DNA of 64,000 bases from Naegleria gruberi (taxonomy: Eukaryota): NCBI GenBank assembly GCA_000004985.1, contig GG738869.1; one strand, 5' to 3'. Positions within the stretch are counted from its first letter, which is position 1; each line of letters starts with the position of its first letter. The notes under the pieces were generated by a model. The model was not told the DNA's origin. It saw only the letters and a program-made list of their open reading frames with translations, and searched no databases. Below, piece after piece: positions 34,849-45,596 of this stretch. Position numbers and translations under genes: made by a program.

Positions 34849-35433
34849 CTAATTAAAAGCACCTCTGATGAGAATTGGATTTTTGGATGCTTGTTTTCTT
34901 CTTGGACAGGCATACTTGGTAATAATCTTGAATTCATAGGTGTACTCCTTTTTCAAGAGTTTTTTACTCTTTCCAATGTAATGTCCATTAAAGTCAACCT
35001 TCTCATCACAAACTAGTTCAAATTTAGCTCCTGATAATTCATTATTTGAACTGAGAATCATGTCAAATTCCACAACAATTCCATGGGCAATATTTGATGG
35101 ATCAAAAAGTGAAATTTTAGGTCCTGGTTTACCAATATTTAAACATCTGTGAAAATAATTATCAATGTAAACAATTTGATAGGATCCATGATTGGTGGCA
35201 CATGTAGCATTGGTTGGAATGACTGGTTTGCATAGATTTACCATATAATATGATCCTGGAATGTAGTCTGGTACTTGCCATCCCGATTGACCGTTATCGG
35301 ATTGGGACAAGTCAACAATCATTCCATCCTTTTCAATAGAACAATCTTGAGAGTAAACTAAACTAACGGAAGAAGAAAGAATAGCACAGAGCAGTAATAA
35401 ACAGCAAAAAGTAACAGTTGAAGTGAAATGCAT
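34849..35433 (-). CDS. secreted protein with MRH-like (mannose-6-phosphate receptor homology) cysteine pattern, 194 aa
   Basis: Signal peptide MHFTSTVTFCCLLLLCAILSSS; spacing DCSIEKDG...YYMVNLC...CATNHGSYQIVYIDNYFHRCLNIG...ELVCDE...YEFKIITKYACP resembles MRH domains of glucosidase II beta/GNPTG/OS-9. This is a family-level guess only. Confidence 0.45.
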   Translation of the reverse strand: MHFTSTVTFCCLLLLCAILSSSVSLVYSQDCSIEKDGMIVDLSQSDNGQSGWQVPDYIPGSYYMVNLCKPVIPTNATCATNHGSYQIVYIDNYFHRCLNIGKPGPKISLFDPSNIAHGIVVEFDMILSSNNELSGAKFELVCDEKVDFNGHYIGKSKKLLKKEYTYEFKIITKYACPRRKQASKNPILIRGAFN

Positions 35434-35673
35434 TTTTTTTTTCGAAAAGAAAACGAGACGAATCTTGTTGAACTGGAAGGGCTTTTAGTTTAACCTTTCG
35501 TAAATGATGACAAGCATCATCTTTTGTAAACGAAACCTTAGAAATCAAGCAATATCAGTGCGACCTTACTGTAAAGCGCACTTTTTCCACTTTTACTTTT
35601 TCAACAATGCAAGCTTCTTACTAATTCATCAAAACCAAACAAGCACTGGCATATTAAAGACTCCTTAAAAAAA

Positions 35674-38600
35674 ATGTCGCGCCCGATTTCTTTCTCAAAT
35701 CGACACAATGTTCGAGGGGTGGCGATGTTGTATGTTGGTGGCTTATTGATGATGTTGATGATGATGATAGTTTTGGGATTTGGTGTTCAGGAGGGATCGT
35801 GTACGGTGTATGAAGTGAGAAATTCGACTTCCTTGTGGGACATTGTTCATGGAAATAAGTTGGTACCTGGTGATGAAGGTAAGTATCATGATTTATTCAT
35901 CATTCAATTTGGATGATATGGTGATTAGTGGTATTGAGAGAGGGCAATTATACATGCTATTATCAAAGTACTTGGTATAGAAATATTGTATTGAAAGGTC
36001 TTACTAATGCTCCTATTACTATTAGAGCTGCCAGTGGAGAGAAGGTTTTGGTCGAAGGAGATTTGAATGCTAGTCAAAATTTGTTGAATTTTAATGTAGA
36101 AAACTTTATTCTGAAAGGTATTGAATTTAGATATGGTGATAGAGGACTGAGATTTTTTGGTGCTAGCAATGTTCTATTGGAAGATTTACACATTCATGAT
36201 ACCAGTGATGTTGGTATGGCAATGAACGATCGTGATGTTACCTATTCTAATGTTACAATTAGGGAAGCTTTTGTGTTTTTACTTTATTAGAAACTGGATG
36301 AAAACAGACACGTTCAAATCCACCACACTCATGGTACTGGAGAGTGCTTCTACTTGGGCTGTAATGATGATGCTTGTCGTTTGATTAATTCACTTATTGA
36401 ATATAATTATTGCCATCATACATGTTGCGTTCAAGGTGATGGTATCGAAGTGAAGAGAGGTTCCTACAATAATGTTATTCGCCACAATGTCATTCACGAT
36501 ACTCACTATCCTGGAATTATTGTGTACGGTGCCAACAATGGTATTCCAAATATTATTGATTCCAACATTATTTGGAACGCTGGTGATAATGGTATTCAAA
36601 TTGCTGCTAATACCATTGCTCGTAACAATATTGTACTCAACTCAAAGATGAATGGTATTAGTATTCAACCTAATCAAGGCAATCCAACAGCTGTTATTTT
36701 GGAACATAACACTGTCATTGGAGCTCTCAGTGGGTCGTGTCTCTCTACTTATAGTACATACATTGGTTCAGAGTTTGTGATTGCAAACAATGCATTCTAT
36801 TGTGAGAATGCTAGTGCAATTTCTGAAACCAATGCAAACTCCAAAACTGTCTATCTTTCTAATGTTGTGAAAGGAAAAGTTACAAGCCAATATGCCAGCA
36901 ATATTATTTATGGAACTGGGTTGAGGGATTTTACCAGTACTGCTTCTCTTCCTTTCAACACTTATCCTTCCCTTGGTTCGTCCTTACTTGGAGTTTCAAC
37001 CTACATGGCTAATACATCAACTCCTTTGGATTTTGATGGTCGTGACAGAAGTGCAGCCTCACGTATTGATGCAGGTGCTTATCAACGGGTTGCTCAAAAC
37101 TCACCAACATGGATTCCAGTAGCTGGTTTCAAAGATGGTTGGAGCAGTCCTGCTCAATCAACTTCTCCAAAGCGTGTAAAGCCTGTTCCTTCAGATAATG
37201 CACATTACAATAGAACAACTTTTATCATCACTCCACAAAATGGTTCTTCATTATTTGACTTGATGAGCACTTTACAACCTGGAGACACCTTATTGGTACG
37301 AGCAGGCACTTATCCTGTTAAATTTGCCAATGCTTGGTTTACCAAGATTGTCCTCTCTGGATCTCCATCAAATCCAATTACTGTTTCTGCATGGCCTGGT
37401 GAAAGAGTTGTTTTGTATGGTGATCCATACGGATCTCAAAACATAATCAACTTGGAAGTTATGTACTTTGTCTTCAGAGGTTTTGAAATGGTTTATGGTT
37501 CCAGAGGAATTAGACTTCATGAATCCTCTCATTCAATCTTTGAAGACTTGAACGTGCACCACACTTGGGCAAATGCAATCTCTGCAAATGATAAGGGTGT
37601 TCATTATCAAAATATTACATTCAGAAATAATCGGGTTGCTCATACTCATGGTACTGGAGAATGTTTTTATTTGGGTTGCCAAGATGCTGCTTGTATCTTT
37701 TCAGATTCTCTCATTGAAGGAAATCTATGTGAATACACGTGTTGTGAACAAGGTGATGGTATTGAACTAAAGCATGGTTCTTACAATAACATAGTTAGAA
37801 ATAACGTTGTTCACGACACACCATATCCAGGTATTACCACTTATACTACTGGGGGCAATGCTCCAAATATTATTGAGGGAAATTTCATTTTTAATACTGG
37901 TGATAATGGTATTCAATGTACATCAGGTCAAATTATTCGAAACAATATCATTGTCAATGCAAGCATCAATGGTATTGATATTCACGATGATGGAGCTGTT
38001 TCTGATCTTACCATCACTCATAACACTGTAATTAACGCCAAAATTGCTTGTTTTTCTGCTGGTGGTTTACAAACAGCTTCAAACGTAATTATTGCAAACA
38101 ATGCTTTGTTTTGTAAGTTTCATACTTTAAATGATTAACTAATCATTATAGGTGACAACTCTCAATACGGATATTATGAGAGATATTTATCTGATAAGAA
38201 GACTAGCACTTTTTATTCGGCAAGAAACTATTATTCAGGAAAAACAAATGGTGTTGGCATTGATTTGGTAAAGGTCAATAACAGTTCTCATGACATACTG
38301 TTGGGTATTGATTTACTGAATGCCTATCCAACATCGATCAGTAACCTTATTGGAGCGGGTAGCCTAAAGTATTCAACACCTTTGGATTTTAATGGAAATT
38401 CCAGATCATCAACTCCAGATGTTGGCGCTTATCAATATTCAACCCCTTCAAATCCAGGTTGGGTTGCTAAAGGATGGTTCAAGAATGGATATAACTCAGT
38501 ATCCGTGTCAGGAAATTGGGAATATCCAAAGAATGTCCTTATTCCTCAAGACGACGATTCTTATATTGGAATGGTTTATCACATCACAGAAGCCAATTAT

Positions 38601-40077
38601 TCATCTTCAAACTGCAAGTATGAAAATATATGGAAAACCATGGCATTGTTGAAACCTGGAGATACTATGATTTTCCATTCAGGAACATTACTAACCCAAG
38701 TCTGTGGGCATGGTTCTTTCTACAGAAGATTAACGGTTATTGGTAGCCCAAATCGTCCAGTGGTAATTAAGGTTGCGGATGGAGAAAGTGTAACAATTCA
38801 AGGCGACATCGGTCAGTCACAAAATATCATGGATGTTGCTTTTTACAATGTCCTTTTTAAAGGATTCAATATGAAATATGGATCCAGAGGTCAGTATCAT
38901 TTTTGAGAAATATTAACTTTTGACAGGTCTTAGAGTCTATGAAGCCCAAAACACAACATTTGAAGGATTGGAAATTTCTGAAACAGCAGATGTTGCTTTC
39001 GCAGGAAACGATCTAAGAGGAGATTACAACAATGTAACTATCAGAAGAGTTAAAGTTCACCACACGCATGGTACAGGGGAATGTTTCTATTTGGGTTGTA
39101 ATTTTGGTGAGTGCATTTGGAGAAATTCCATCATTGAGTACAACCATTGTTCGTAAGTTTCATTGTTTTTTTGAGATACTAAGAAAAAATCATTTAGACA
39201 CACTTGTTGTGAACAAGGTGATGGTATAGAATTAAAGGCTGGTTCGTATGGAAATATTATTCGCCACAATGTAATTCATGATACTATCTATCCTGGAATC
39301 ACATTGTACACTCCAATGGAGGGCAAGCCACCAAATGTTGTCTATGGTAATATTGTGTGGAATACTCAAGATAATGGAATACAAGTAACAGGAAATACAA
39401 TTCTCATGAATAATATTGTAATGAATGCCAAATATTATGGAATTTCAATTCAAGAAAATCAACAGAGGGTGAACGGACTTGGTAACATTGAAAATGTTGC
39501 AATTCTCCACAATACAGTTGTTGGGGTAAGCTCTAAAACCAGTGGAGCTTGTTTTGCCACTAGTGGAACAAATTCTGGAAAAGGAAACATTGTAATTGCT
39601 GGAAATGCCTTTTACTGTTCAGATGCCAAGGCAACACGTGAAGTTAATGTTCATCCAAACACTAAGTATGGTATTAATGTTGTTAGCGGAACCAGTACAA
39701 TGTCAGGTACCTTAATTGGCGACTTGGTGTCAGACTTTTTGGATGTTTCTTCAATTCCTTACAATTTGTATCCAAGAAAGGGAGGGAAATTATATGGCTC
39801 ATCAAATCTCACAATTTACGATCTAGTTTCAAAAGATTTCAATGGTCTTGTTAGATCTTCACAAAGAATGGATGTTGGTGCCCTTCAATATATTGAAGGA
39901 AAAGATAACAACCCAGGTTGGATTCCAAAGGATGAATTCAAACCATTTACTGATCTTTCGCCTCTTGCAAGTCAGTCCACCAATACCACAATGTCCGATG
40001 CCCAAATAATTCTCAATAATGTAACTCTCAACTATTTTTTGGTCATTCTAATGGTATTTGTTTCAATTTGCTTATAA
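35674..40077 (+). CDS. ~1400-aa secreted, probably GPI-anchored protein built from three tandem right-handed parallel beta-helix (PbH1 / pectate-lyase-fold) modules; 6 exons: 35674..35878, 35929..36274, 36308..38112, 38152..38889, 38927..39152, 39198..40077
   Basis: N-terminal signal/TM (LLMMLMMMIVLGFG). Each module has an N-terminal block L..G.T....PITI.A..GE.V...GD, then HTHGTGECFYLGC, CC.QGDGIE.K.GSYNN..R.NV.HDT.YPGI, then NxGDNGIQ PbH1 repeats and PLDF.G..RS...D.GAYQ. C-terminus is Ser/Thr-rich followed by hydrophobic tail NYFLVILMVFVSICL, a GPI-signal-like arrangement. Introns of 50, 33 (putative), 39, 37 and 45 nt all keep the frame (g+tg=Val, t+gt=Cys, g+gt=Gly, tc+a=Ser). Confidence 0.7.
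35929..39990 (+). repeat. three tandem intragenic ~430-codon modules (approx. 35929-37190, 37190-38520, 38520-39990) of the beta-helix gene
   Basis: The blocks HTHGTGECFYLGC / EYN.C..TCC.QGDGIE.K.GSYNN / NxGDNGIQ recur three times at ~1.3-kb spacing in the same reading direction, about 50-60% identical by eye. Confidence 0.6.
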
Positions 40078-40131
40078 TACTCTATCTGTTTGAAATAAAC
40101 TTTACAATTTTCTGAACAATAAAGCAAAAAA

Positions 40132-41535
40132 ATGTCATCACAACTTCTCTACTCGATGTATTGCATTTTGGAGGGCAACTTTCCAATGGATAAACAACAT
40201 ATTCAGGACTTCAACCAAAGAAAATCACCCGATTGGATGAATCTTTCTAAACCGTTAATTAGCAAGACCAATATTTGGCATCAGGCCTCAAGTTTTCATC
40301 AATTACAAATTAAATCAACACTCTGTGGATCAACGTGCACCGAATTAATTTCAGTGCTGGATTTTGAGGATACTTCATGTTGTTCTCTCTTTTTAATATT
40401 CGGAGGAAGATCTTCCGAAATCAGGGAAGGTACTTGCATGGTAAATGATGAAAAACAATTGTATTTGATAGAGATGGTTGATAATGAATTTTCCACATGT
40501 TTGAGCTATGTCTATGATGAAAATGTGTTGAATGAAAAACAAATTCCACAGGCACGATACGGCCATTCTAGTGTCTTTGATAAAGATAGAAAGTTAATGT
40601 ATGTCTTTGGTGGGATGGCTGGAGGGAAGTGTCATAATGATTTGGCAATTTTTGATGTAGTGACAAGTTTGTGGACAATTGTTAATTTTGCAAATGTTGG
40701 ATGCTTGATTCTTCCACAAGAAAGATATGGACATAATTGTGCCATTTACAAAAATTGGATGTTTGTTTGTGGAGGAAGGGATAGCTCAGGAAATATTTTA
40801 GGAGGAATTCAAGCTATGGATTTGGATCGTTGTTTATGGATGAATATTCAAGTGGAATCATTGAGTGGAAGAAGTTTCTTTACTATGGACGTGATTGAGA
40901 GAAGAGATGATAAAATTGAGATGATCATTGCTGGAGGAATTAGAAAAGATCTCAACGAAAAACCACTACAAAGACTTACCATCACTGTTGGGAATGAAAG
41001 ATCTATACACTGCTCAGTTAATCCAATAGAAAATCAAGAACTGACTTGGGATAAGTACGGACATTGCTCTGTATTCAAAAATCAAACCTTGCTATTGGTA
41101 GGAGGTCAGAATCAAGATCACTCTCTAGATTGTAATAGCTTGGAATTTAGTATTGAGAGTGAAACCTTCTCCTCATTCTCATACTTTCTACAGCCATCTA
41201 CACATTGCAGTTTGTCGTTCCTGAACATTTCGCAAGATCTTGATGTCAATCAGAATGATGGATTCTATTTTGCTTCATTACTTTATGACAGCACTTTGAA
41301 TTGCTATGTTGTTGGGGGAAATTCGATAGCTACTTATAGAACTACACCATCAATAGATGTTTCAGAAAACGTTATCAGTGATACGTGGGTAAAGATTGTC
41401 AGCTTTTTGAATTACGATGACTTGAAGAAATTATGTCTAGTTTCCAAACGATTCTACACAATATTTACTGCAGATGTGATTTGGAAGCCAATTCTGTTTA
41501 AATTCTTTGCAGAAAAATTGATAATACCCGTATAA
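40132..41535 (+). CDS. kelch-repeat (beta-propeller) protein with C-terminal F-box-like motif (467 aa)
   Basis: Kelch-type units with GG doublets and ARYGHS / ERYGHNC / DKYGHCS motifs; C-terminal DTWVKIVSFLNYDDLKKLCLVSKRFYTIFTADVIW; ATG 40132. Confidence 0.7.
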   Translation: MSSQLLYSMYCILEGNFPMDKQHIQDFNQRKSPDWMNLSKPLISKTNIWHQASSFHQLQIKSTLCGSTCTELISVLDFEDTSCCSLFLIFGGRSSEIREGTCMVNDEKQLYLIEMVDNEFSTCLSYVYDENVLNEKQIPQARYGHSSVFDKDRKLMYVFGGMAGGKCHNDLAIFDVVTSLWTIVNFANVGCLILPQERYGHNCAIYKNWMFVCGGRDSSGNILGGIQAMDLDRCLWMNIQVESLSGRSFFTMDVIERRDDKIEMIIAGGIRKDLNEKPLQRLTITVGNERSIHCSVNPIENQELTWDKYGHCSVFKNQTLLLVGGQNQDHSLDCNSLEFSIESETFSSFSYFLQPSTHCSLSFLNISQDLDVNQNDGFYFASLLYDSTLNCYVVGGNSIATYRTTPSIDVSENVISDTWVKIVSFLNYDDLKKLCLVSKRFYTIFTADVIWKPILFKFFAEKLIIPV

Positions 41536-41606
41536 TATGTGATTATAAGAAACAATTTCAGAAACTCATTCAAGACAAAATTTCTTCAATTAATGATAAT
41601 AACAAG

Positions 41607-42230
41607 TTGTCCAATAAGGTGTGGCCTTTCAAAAGGAGATCATATTACGAGAGGGAAATCAACTTTACTCCACCAAATATCACATGCCCAATAAGGACTT
41701 TCAAAATTTCAGTTGTAGGAGAACCATTTATGGTGAAAGCATTTATTTCCAAAATTACAGGTAAAGATGTGAACAAGATAACTGAGGAGGAACCAATTCA
41801 CATGGTGCAATTTTATTTCCATCACAATATCTATCACTTCTTGATGGATACTAGAACTAATGACATTCCAGAAGATCAACAGCAATCGTTCAGCCTCAAA
41901 TTAGTTTGCATTCGATTAGGAAGAGCTAATCAATCTATCGCAAATTCTCATGATGTTACCTGTCCTACTATAGTTCTAGGTCTCGAAGAAGAGCTTTACA
42001 AGTTTTCAATATTTAAAAAGAGTTACAATAGTCAATACTTTCAACATGTGCTACCATTCGCAACTAGTAAGGATTTGACTTTAATATTCAAACAAATTAC
42101 TTCAATTGGAGCATTTGAGAAGATTTCAACAGAGACTGGTTTTGGAATGTATCAGTTATTGGAATTCTTTCTTGATTGTATCAAAAATGATCCAACACAA
42201 TCTTCAACCTCTGGTTGTGAACTTAATTGA
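41607..42230 (+). CDS. hypothetical protein with degenerate small-GTPase-like core (possible pseudo-GTPase); true start unresolved (track ORF begins at TTG, first ATG ~41727)
   Basis: KISVVGEPFMVKAFISKITGKDVNK...HMVQFYF...FLMDTRTND parallels the P-loop/switch I/DTAG layout of the Ran-like gene at 13421..14702, but lacks GK[ST] and the catalytic Gln. Confidence 0.3.
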   Translation: MSNKVWPFKRRSYYEREINFTPPNITCPIRTFKISVVGEPFMVKAFISKITGKDVNKITEEEPIHMVQFYFHHNIYHFLMDTRTNDIPEDQQQSFSLKLVCIRLGRANQSIANSHDVTCPTIVLGLEEELYKFSIFKKSYNSQYFQHVLPFATSKDLTLIFKQITSIGAFEKISTETGFGMYQLLEFFLDCIKNDPTQSSTSGCELN

Positions 42231-42524
42231 ATCAGAACAACAAATAGCACCAATTTCTAGGGTATAGCTATGCTTTATATGAGCCGTTAGAGAGAGACAT
42301 CACGATTGGTATGTAATAGATATCCATTGGATGAGCCAACGGAGTGTAGGATAGCTGTTGTAAGATACTTGTCCTTGTAGTTTGGTACAGTAGTTTCCTG
42401 TAATCTCAACGTTTCACTGATATTCATTTAAAAACACCAAAGATATTGAGCGCTGCAAATTCATTTAAGAAAAATTCACTTCAACAATATTACTTGAAGG
42501 ACTTTCCAGTAGAATATTAAGAAA

Positions 42525-43091
42525 ATGGGTTTGAAATTAAGTATTGATGCAGTTGAGGAAATGTTGATTCCTCCACCAGGAATGCGTATCACTCCAGTTC
42601 TTTTCACTGCCTTATTCTGTGGAGCATTCCTAGTATTGAAATTGATCATTCAGGACATTATTCTATTTGTAATGAAGAGAAGAAGCAAATATTTAGAGGT
42701 TGAGGAAGGGGAAGGATCATCAAACGATGCAGCATTACCAATGAGTACATTCGCACTCGTTCAGAAAATGCAACAAGATGACAAGAATTCCATTTTCACC
42801 TTTCTTATTGTTTTGATTCCATACTTGATCTACTCTCAATCCAGTTACTTTAATTACACCTACTCATCTATTGATAAGCAAGTTTATTGGAGTTATACAT
42901 GCATTGCCAATAGCATTTTTGGATGTCTTTTCATTTGCATCTTTACAATTTTAAGAGTCGTTCATTCAATTATTCTCAAAGTTGCTCCAAAATTGAATAT
43001 TGGTTTTTGGCTTGCAAATCATGTCCTATCCATTCTCTTTATTTTGTATGCAATCAGTCTTGCCTTTACCTATCATTACACATTCATGTAA
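42525..43091 (+). CDS. hypothetical polytopic membrane protein (about 4 TM helices), N-terminal MG
   Basis: ATG 42525; hydrophobic helices VLFTALFCGAFLVLKLIIQDIILFV, IFTFLIVLIPYLIY, IFGCLFICIFTILRVV, VLSILFILYAISLAF. Confidence 0.45.
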   Translation: MGLKLSIDAVEEMLIPPPGMRITPVLFTALFCGAFLVLKLIIQDIILFVMKRRSKYLEVEEGEGSSNDAALPMSTFALVQKMQQDDKNSIFTFLIVLIPYLIYSQSSYFNYTYSSIDKQVYWSYTCIANSIFGCLFICIFTILRVVHSIILKVAPKLNIGFWLANHVLSILFILYAISLAFTYHYTFM

Positions 43092-43544
43092 ATTTCACAT
43101 GCAACACGTTCAATGAAAGATGTGAAATTGTTCAACACAAAATAAATTTTTAATTTCCACCTCAAACCATAATTAATAATCTGCAATTCTAGAACATTGC
43201 GAGCTTGATATTGACAAGCAAGTATCCCTTCCAGAATAAATCAGTGATGCCTTAGCATTCTCATAAGCAAACAATGTCTTTCGCCTTTTACTAAAGACAT
43301 CCGTGTGAGTGTGTAATCATGGGCTTCACGAATTTTTCTGCCACTTTCTCGAGTGGACAATCTTAATAGAAAACAAGCATTACTATTATATTCAACATTA
43401 GAATGAGAATTTTGATTATGTTCCTTCATCGCAACTCCTCTAAATAATGTATTGTAAAGTAATATTATCGGATTTCCCTTCGAAAAACCATTTTGGGAAG
43501 ATTTAAATGACCTATCACAAGAAGAATCCAAGCTCTTTTTAAAA

Positions 43545-44285
43545 ATGTCTCAACACCACCAATGCAACACCTACACTGAAGCTCTTGATCAGATTCATCT
43601 GCAATCCCTCGAATATTATCAAGAAGTTGTCGATCAACAAGGAGGTTGGGAGAATTACAAAGTCACACCAGAACAAGCTCGATACTACATCAATAAGAAG
43701 AAGCATACTTATCATATTTGGATGGGTGAGATGAAGAATGTTCATTTGGGAGAATCTGTTGTGAAGGATTTGAGAGATTTCATCAAGTATTTGGATCATG
43801 AGGAGGTGAGATTATTGTGGGATGAAGAATTGGTCAAGAGTCAAACTATTCACGAAACAATTGCAAAAAATTGTAAAGAAAGTTGTAAGCATGATGATTT
43901 GAAAGTTTTTTATAGAGAGTTTAGTTCTGGAAGTAAGGCCATTTCGAATCGTGAATTTGTAGTTTCTAGAAATATTTATCAAGATCCCAAATTGGAAAAT
44001 GTGATGTGGTTGTGTACTCATACACCAATGGACTTTCCAGATTATGAACACAAGAATGCACCAAAGAATTCATCATGTGTAAGAGGAAAGGTCATGCTGA
44101 CTTCATGGAGATTTGAAAAGTTACCATCCACTATTGAAGGAAAATCATGTTTTAACATTTCTATAATGACACATTCAGAACCTGGAGGTTGGGTAACTGC
44201 TTCTTTGTTTAATAATAGTGCAGGTGATAGACCAGCAGCAACAGTTTCGAGATTGGTTAAATATTTACAAACAACCAAACAATAA
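43545..44285 (+). CDS. START (StAR-related lipid-transfer / Bet v1-like) domain protein, 246 aa
   Basis: GW..Y.....Y...KK..Y.....G......V..L.DF....E.R..WD..L.....I.......ISNREFVVSRN...D.....V....T.......VRG......W.F..LP.....SC; the ISNREFVVSRN motif is diagnostic for START domains. Confidence 0.7.
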   Translation: MSQHHQCNTYTEALDQIHLQSLEYYQEVVDQQGGWENYKVTPEQARYYINKKKHTYHIWMGEMKNVHLGESVVKDLRDFIKYLDHEEVRLLWDEELVKSQTIHETIAKNCKESCKHDDLKVFYREFSSGSKAISNREFVVSRNIYQDPKLENVMWLCTHTPMDFPDYEHKNAPKNSSCVRGKVMLTSWRFEKLPSTIEGKSCFNISIMTHSEPGGWVTASLFNNSAGDRPAATVSRLVKYLQTTKQ

Positions 44286-44344
44286 ATAGCTAAAATATGT
44301 TTATTAAGGCGAAGTAAGGAATGATAAATTCATTTGGTGTAATC

Positions 44345-44400
44345 GGGCGTGGTATAGTGGTAGCATTCCAGACTGTCACTCTGGCGACCCGGGTTCAATT
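44345..44400 (+). pseudogene. 3'-truncated tRNA-Asp(GUC)-like fragment (acceptor 5' half, D-arm, anticodon arm and T-loop present; 3' T-stem and acceptor strand missing)
   Basis: GGGCGTG GT ATAGTGGTAG ... CCAGA CTGTCAC TCTGG CGACCCGGGTTCAATT matches eukaryotic tRNA-Asp up to the T-loop, then diverges (TTATGTAG...). Lies 60 nt downstream of the START-domain gene stop. Confidence 0.4.
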
Positions 44401-45161
44401 TTATGTAGTTTTAGGTTTTGGAAATTTTAAATGAAAATTTATGTTCCAGCCTTTGTGGTCAATAAATACTAATCGTATTTAATTATGAATTAAGAGTTGC
44501 TCCAGAGGATCATGAAATGTTATATCATGATTAAATCCAATGGAAATGTTTGAATTCTTCATTCATAGAAGATGAAAAATGTGTTTAGGTGGTATTGTTG
44601 TTCTATTAATTAATAAAAATTGAAATTTAAGGTACCAATCTGCATGTTCACAAATCCCCCATTCACAAACCATGGCTGGAAAGGAATGCAGCAATCATCT
44701 ATGAACGAGGAAACCTACAGCGAAGCATGTTTCCAGTTCGATATCATGCTCAAGATATGTGACTACAGAGTCTTCATCTTGGTTAACCTCAAAGGTCAGA
44801 TTGACTCAAAAAAGTCGAGTTTATGTATTCCTACAGAAAAGATCCTGTAGAAGTACAGTCAATGGTTTTATCAATCTTGCATCCTCAATGATGTTATATC
44901 GGTTGTGAAAGTGAGAAATGTTGTGAGGAAAAGTTATGGTTAAAAAATTGAGAAAAATTAGAAGACATATTCAAGAAAATATTTGAATGAGTTGGAGAAA
45001 CACAAGGTCGTTTTTTAGTTGAGAATTTACAAATTTTGGTTGTTTAATTTGTAAATTGGAGAATTACTCTGTTGGAAGAAAATGATAAATAACTAAAAAC
45101 GACCTTGTGTGATTATTGATCTATTCCCATATGAAAATCAAGTTTGTTTCCCAAACATGAA

Positions 45162-45242
45162 GCAGGGGTTCCCGAGTGGTCAAAGGGGGTAGACTCAAGT
45201 TCTACTGCGCAAGCTTCGTGGGTTCAAATCCCACCTTCTGCA
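45162..45242 (+). tRNA. tRNA-Leu (anticodon CAA), second copy, 81/81 nt identical to 16031..16111
   Basis: Identical sequence GCAGGGGTTCCCGAGTGGTCAAAGGGGGTAGACTCAAGTTCTACTGCGCAAGCTTCGTGGGTTCAAATCCCACCTTCTGCA. Both copies are preceded by TGAA and followed by a related TTTCTCC(T/C)TCAA..TTTTT flank. Confidence 0.85.
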
Positions 45243-45596
45243 GCTTTTGCTTCTTTCTCCCTCAATATTTTTGGTAATACCACCAGTTTCCTATTTTTAT
45301 TGTGCGTATGACGTCTAGTTTCTATGGTAAAAGTTTGATTCAATTCCGTCAAGGCTCTATGAAGATAATCAATAAAGATAACACTGACCTCAAATATTCC
45401 AGTAAAAATACCTTTAAAAATTTCAAACAAACCAAAGATTGAGAAACAGCCGCTCATAGTTATTCTCTGAATGAAATGCCTTCTAGGAGCTACAGATCCA
45501 TATTGTTACAGCGGAATAAGGTTTTTGTGAATGACAACATGGAGAACATTTTGGAAATGAAAAGTTTAAAATATTAATTTGCTTTTCAAGTTCTAT

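Noticed and set aside
36288-36290. In-frame TAG in module 1 of the beta-helix gene read as evidence that 35928..36290 and 36354..38138 are separate genes
   Set aside because: Both ORFs are in the same frame, sequence on both sides is colinear with the paralogous modules, and a 33-nt GT..AG intron removes the stop; single-gene model preferred (kept as a finding for verification).
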